Below, piece after piece: positions 59,965-64,000 of a DNA stretch of 64,000 nt. Each line of letters begins with the position of its first letter. The first letter of the stretch is position 1. The stretch is from Vicinamibacteria bacterium (GTDB lineage Bacteria; Acidobacteriota; Vicinamibacteria; Marinacidobacterales; Marinacidobacteraceae): positions 1,376,001 to 1,440,000 of the forward strand of contig OZ219816.1 in assembly GCA_964291235.2 (NCBI GenBank), given 5' to 3'. Under the pieces are notes generated by a model. That model made no database searches, was not told the DNA's origin, and saw only the letters and a program-made list of their open reading frames with translations. The translations under genes and the position numbers were made by a program.

Positions 59965-61524
59965 TTATTCGGGCGCCTCGACGACAACGAACGTCCGCTG
60001 CCATTCCCCGGGACTCACCGCCCGCGCGATCCAGATGGGGAAGGTATCTCCGGCCTGGATCCCGGAGAGGGCATCGCGCAGATCGCCGACATTCCGGATC
60101 GGCTGGCCGGCCACATCGGTAATGACGTGCCCGGCTTCGATTCCGGCCTCGGCCGCGATTCCGCCCGGGGTCACGCGCCGCACCACGACGCCCCCAAAGT
60201 CAGCGCGCAACCGATCGGCCAGCTCGCCTTCGAGCGTTTCCCCCACGATCCCCAGGCGCCCCGCATTCTCCGGCGGTGGCGGAGGGGGCAGTGGGCCGGC
60301 GGCGGCGAGCGGCGCGGCTTCCTCGAAGTCGCGCTGACCCAGAATCACCTGCACCGATTGCCGGACGCCCTTTCTCAGGATCTCGACCGTCGAGCGTTCG
60401 TCTGGCCGGGCGTCGGCCACCGCAAACTGCAGATCCGTGCTGTTCTCGATAGGCCGGCCATTGAACCGCACGATGACATCGCCGTACTTGAGGCCCGCAA
60501 TCGCCGCCGGGGAATCCTCGCCGGAATAATCGACGATGATCGCGCCCCGAACGCTCTCGTCCAGATCGAACGCCTTCGCGGTCGCGGCATCCAGGGGCCT
60601 CACCGCCACCCCAAGCCACCCGCGGGTCACCTCACCCTCAGAGGCCAGTTCGTCATACACCCGCTCCACCAGGTTCGACGGAATGGCGAAACCGAGGCCG
60701 ATATTTCCCGGGGTCCCGGCTATCTGAATCATGGTGTTCACCCCCACCAGGCTGCCGTCGAGGCTCACCAGGGGCCCGCCGGAGTTCCCCGGATTGATGG
60801 CGGCGTCGGTCTGGATGAAGTTCTGGTAGTCGCCGCCCAGCACGCGGCCCTTGGCGCTCACGATTCCCGCCGTCACCGAGTGGCTGTTTCCCAGCGGGTT
60901 CCCGATGGCGACCACCCACTCCCCGACCCGCACTTCCTCGGAGTCTCCGAGGGCGAGATAGGGAAACACCTCGCCTTCGGCCTGGAGCGCGAGCACCGCG
61001 AGGTCCGTCGGCGAGTCCTGACCCACGATGACGGCCTCGAGGACTCGGTCGTCGGCGAGCGTGGCCCGGATCCGGGAGGCGCCGTCCACGACGTGATTGT
61101 TGGTAATCAACAGACCACTCGGATCCACGATGGCTCCCGAACCCCTCCCCTGGCGCGGCCCGCGCGGTTGCGGTACGGGCGGAGTTGGGAAGAACTGCTC
61201 GAGTCTCTCCGCATCCGGCGGCGATTCGTGTTCCACGAGCAGACTCACCACTGCCGGCGTCGCGACTCTGGCCACTTCGGCGAAGGCATCGGAGAGCGTC
61301 CCCGCCGCCGCCGTTCGGGAGGCGTCCGGCACCACGTCGGGCGCCGGAATGTCGGCGAGCCGCTGGTGCCCCGGCCGCTGCCGCGCCCCCTCCTGATCCG
61401 CAGCCTCATCGTGTCCGGAGGTAGCAGCCGCCGCCAGGGTGGCGAACTCGGCGCCCTCCGGCAGGCACCCGGGAGCGGCAACCAGCACTCCTAGGGCGAG
61501 TGCGACCGGCGCGAATCGAAACAT
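59965..61524 (-). CDS. HtrA/DegP-family serine protease with two PDZ domains
   Basis: GSGAI, TNNHVV, TDLAVL, IQTDAAINPGNSGGPL, RGWLGV; signal peptide from ATG 61524. Confidence 0.95.
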   Translation of the reverse strand: MFRFAPVALALGVLVAAPGCLPEGAEFATLAAAATSGHDEAADQEGARQRPGHQRLADIPAPDVVPDASRTAAAGTLSDAFAEVARVATPAVVSLLVEHESPPDAERLEQFFPTPPVPQPRGPRQGRGSGAIVDPSGLLITNNHVVDGASRIRATLADDRVLEAVIVGQDSPTDLAVLALQAEGEVFPYLALGDSEEVRVGEWVVAIGNPLGNSHSVTAGIVSAKGRVLGGDYQNFIQTDAAINPGNSGGPLVSLDGSLVGVNTMIQIAGTPGNIGLGFAIPSNLVERVYDELASEGEVTRGWLGVAVRPLDAATAKAFDLDESVRGAIIVDYSGEDSPAAIAGLKYGDVIVRFNGRPIENSTDLQFAVADARPDERSTVEILRKGVRQSVQVILGQRDFEEAAPLAAAGPLPPPPPPENAGRLGIVGETLEGELADRLRADFGGVVVRRVTPGGIAAEAGIEAGHVITDVAGQPIRNVGDLRDALSGIQAGDTFPIWIARAVSPGEWQRTFVVVEAPE

Positions 61525-61640
61525 GGACTGGAGCCTCCGTCTTTGGAAACGTTGGGAAACGAATATAACGCGGCCGGGCGGATCGAGTTCCTCACCGCCC
61601 CGGAACCACAAACCAGTGGCGCCACCCGCCGCTCCCCGGT

Positions 61641-61655
61641 TGGCACACTCATTGC
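61641..61655 (+). promoter_or_regulatory. Sigma54 -24/-12 promoter
   Basis: TGGCAC-ACTCA-TTGC, 44 nt upstream of ATG 61700. Confidence 0.75.
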
Positions 61656-61699
61656 GAAATCCGATTCGACGCCACCGGCGCCCACGAAAGGAGTTCGCA

Positions 61700-62461
61700 A
61701 TGACCCGCACCCGACACTTGCTGACAACCCTCCTCGCAACGGCGTGCTTCGCGACCGCCGCAGCGGCAGAAGACGACCGGCAGCCTCCGCGCGGGAGCCC
61801 CTATCCTGACGCCCGTTCGAAAAGCGCCCAGGAAACGCGTTACGCGTTTTCCGCCTACGGCGGTTTCCGCATCTTTGACATCACGAGCGAACTCTTCGCC
61901 GCCAACGAGTTCGACTTCGGAATCACCGAAGACGATTTTCGGACCGGCGGCTACGGTTTCGAGTTCGATGTCGCCGTCCTGCCGCAGGTGGACATTTCCC
62001 TCGGGTTCAACGCCGCCAGCTCCAGGACCTACGGGTCCTACCTCGACCTCGTTTACGAGGATGGCGGCGAGATCGAACACCGGGCGGATTTGACCATGAC
62101 CGAGTTGAGTCTCGGCGTACGACTGCGGCTGATCGGTGGCGCGGCGCGGGTGCGGCCCTACCTGTTGGCCGGCGTCAGCGGCGCCTACTACCGGTACCGC
62201 GAAATCGGCGACTTCGTGGACTTCGAAACCGCGGACATCTACTACGACGAGTTCGCGGAGACATCCTTCCTTCCTGGTTTTTTCGCCGGCGCCGGCATCG
62301 ACTACGCGCTCGTGCAACTTCCCGACCGCGGCCGTGTCGAGTTGTTCGGCGAGTTTCGCTACGCCCGCTCCCAAGGAGAACACACCGAAGGGTTCGCGGG
62401 TTTCGGCGACCTCCAGCTGGACGGTTCGGGCGGCCTGTTCGGGTTCCGGGTCCGCTGGTGA
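61700..62461 (+). CDS. Outer-membrane beta-barrel protein, paralogue 1
   Basis: AAGGAG SD, signal peptide, alternating aromatic strands, VRPYLLAG, terminal GFRVRW. Confidence 0.82.
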   Translation: MTRTRHLLTTLLATACFATAAAAEDDRQPPRGSPYPDARSKSAQETRYAFSAYGGFRIFDITSELFAANEFDFGITEDDFRTGGYGFEFDVAVLPQVDISLGFNAASSRTYGSYLDLVYEDGGEIEHRADLTMTELSLGVRLRLIGGAARVRPYLLAGVSGAYYRYREIGDFVDFETADIYYDEFAETSFLPGFFAGAGIDYALVQLPDRGRVELFGEFRYARSQGEHTEGFAGFGDLQLDGSGGLFGFRVRW

Positions 62462-62497
62462 ATGGCCTCCCCCTGAGATCCGTCCCTCCGCTGCCAC

Positions 62498-62512
62498 TGG
62501 CACAGGCATTGC
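62498..62512 (+). promoter_or_regulatory. Sigma54 -24/-12 promoter
   Basis: TGGCAC-AGGCA-TTGC, 58 nt upstream of ATG 62571. Confidence 0.75.
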
Positions 62513-62570
62513 GCAACTCGTCGCGAACCCTGTCGCCGGCCCCTCCGGCATTTCCCGAAAGGACCCCACG

Positions 62571-63329
62571 ATGATCCGGACCGGCCCAATCCTCGTCACC
62601 CTGCTCCTCGCGGCAGGTTTCGCTCCGACAACGGTGGCCGAAGAGCGGGCGCAGCCCCCCCGGGGCGCCCGGGACCGGGATCGTCCCCAATCGAGTCGCG
62701 CCCGGCCGCGCTACGGCTTCTCGGCCTATGGCGGATTCCGCACCCTGCAGATCGAGAGTCAGCTCTTCGACAGCAACGAGGTGGACTTCGGCATCACCGA
62801 CAAGGACTTCGCATCCGGCCGTTTCGGGTTCGAACTGGACTACGCGCTGCTGCCCATGGTCGAGATTCTCGTCGGCTTCGACACCGGTAGTGGGGAAACC
62901 GACGGAAACTATCTGGACCTGGTGTACGAGGATGGCTCCGAGATCGAGCACTCGGCGTCGCTGGACATGACCGAGTACCTGCTCGGCGTTCGCATCCGGC
63001 CACGACCGGAACAGCGCCTGAGTCCCTACGTGGTGGCCGGTCTTTCCCTCGCTGGCTACCGCTATTCGGAGACCGGGGAATTTGTGGACTTCGAGACCTC
63101 GGACATCTTCTATGACGAGTTCGAGGAACGCCTCTCCCTGCCCGGGTTTTTTGTCGGCGCCGGTCTCGATTTCGCGATCGCCCAACTGCCCTTCGGACGC
63201 CGGATCGACCTCTTTGGCGAATTTCGGTATGCGCGGGGTGGAGGAGAGCACGAGGACGGCTTCGCCGGTTTCGGCGATCTCACCGCAGGACGCACCGGCG
63301 GGCTCTTTGGAGTCCGGATGCGCTTCTGA
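62571..63329 (+). CDS. Outer-membrane beta-barrel protein, paralogue 2
   Basis: AAGGA SD, signal peptide, colinear similarity to paralogue 1 (FSAYGGFR, YLDLVYEDG, FVDFET, LPGFF), terminal GVRMRF. Confidence 0.82.
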   Translation: MIRTGPILVTLLLAAGFAPTTVAEERAQPPRGARDRDRPQSSRARPRYGFSAYGGFRTLQIESQLFDSNEVDFGITDKDFASGRFGFELDYALLPMVEILVGFDTGSGETDGNYLDLVYEDGSEIEHSASLDMTEYLLGVRIRPRPEQRLSPYVVAGLSLAGYRYSETGEFVDFETSDIFYDEFEERLSLPGFFVGAGLDFAIAQLPFGRRIDLFGEFRYARGGGEHEDGFAGFGDLTAGRTGGLFGVRMRF

Positions 63330-63467
63330 CAGCCCGTAGTGGAAGCACCCCGCGCGAGCCCCAGGAGATCGCCTGCAGCGGCTCCGTGGTCTGCGTGCGT
63401 GCGGGGCGCCTTGCCCCCGGGTTGATGCTGCGATCGATAGCGCGGCGCCCTGGCCGGCCCGCGCCGG

Positions 63468-64000
63468 TCAGCCGGATGGCGGCGAGGCTTGCCGCGCCTC
63501 CGCGAGGATTTGCAGCAGAGCCGGGTGCAGCCGACCGTTCGAAACGGCGATGGTCGGGTCCCCGTTCGAGAACGGCCCGCCGTCGAAATCGGTGACCTGA
63601 CCTCCCGCCTCGCGGACGATGACTTCACCGGCCGCGGTGTCCCAGGCCCGGAGTGTTTCCTCCCAGAACGCGTCGATCCGCCCCGCGGCAACCGAACACA
63701 GATCCAGCGCCGCCGAGCCGGCGCGTCGGACCGCTCGGGCCCGCCGCATGATCCGGACGAACAGCTCCAGCGCCCGGTCCATGGCTTCTTGGGAATACGG
63801 GAACCCCGTCGCGAGCAGGGCGCTTTCGATGGCGGCCGTCCGCGAAACCCGAATCGGAGCACCGTTCAGGTGCGCGCCGGCGTTCTTTTCCGCGGTGAAG
63901 AATTCCTCCCGCACGGGGTCGAGGACCGCGCCGGCGACGACGTCTCCGCCTTCCTCGTAGGCGATCGAGACCGCAAAGACCGGAAACCCGTGGGCAAAGT
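63468..64000 (-). CDS. suhB: Inositol monophosphatase family protein (5' end outside the window)
   Basis: FAHGFPVFAVSIA, LATGFPY, RRAGSAALDLCSVAAGR, WDTAAG. Confidence 0.92.
   Translation of the reverse strand, partial: FAHGFPVFAVSIAYEEGGDVVAGAVLDPVREEFFTAEKNAGAHLNGAPIRVSRTAAIESALLATGFPYSQEAMDRALELFVRIMRRARAVRRAGSAALDLCSVAAGRIDAFWEETLRAWDTAAGEVIVREAGGQVTDFDGGPFSNGDPTIAVSNGRLHPALLQILAEARQASPPSG

Noticed and set aside
63330-63424. Weak inverted repeat CAGCCCGTAGTGGAAGCACCCCGC / GCGGGGCGCCTTGCCCCCGGGTTG, and a hairpin at about 59751-59770, as further MITE copies
   Set aside because: Similarity is too low and there is no target duplication; not separable from GC-rich chance hairpins by eye.

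Overview
A visibly very GC-rich, densely coded bacterial chromosomal segment of mostly housekeeping genes. It contains about 58 CDS and two tRNA genes (Gly-CCC, Val-GAC). BamD, outer-membrane barrels, TRAP/TAXI and sigma54 sites indicate a diderm. Gene order such as def-fmt-rsmB-PASTA-rpe and grpE-dnaJ-prmA-rsmE is compatible with Acidobacteriota, but that is an inference. I saw no CRISPR array, rRNA, integrase, transposase or phage gene. Most long ORFs in the track are antisense or off-frame shadows. The best non-obvious signals are: (1) a family of about 190-200 bp MITE-like elements, one with inverted ends and an exact TTGA target duplication (40303-40487) and a relative at 482-678 sharing an internal motif; (2) a co-oriented cluster of a lipoprotein-signal agmatine/peptidylarginine deiminase, an NhaC-family transporter, an AguB-like amidase and YhhQ; (3) two tandem OM beta-barrel paralogues, each with its own perfect sigma54 -24/-12 site; (4) a kinase-less PASTA protein in the prkC position and a separate soluble Zn-ribbon Ser/Thr kinase before recX; (5) a 1314-aa orphan histidine kinase coupled to a secreted NTF2-like protein; (6) four single-base frameshifts in homopolymer runs (rsmE, thrS, GspE/PilB end, Na/Pi symporter), most likely assembly errors; (7) recurrent TANNNT boxes 7-16 nt upstream of start codons. 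All calls come from motif recognition by eye; no database search was run.
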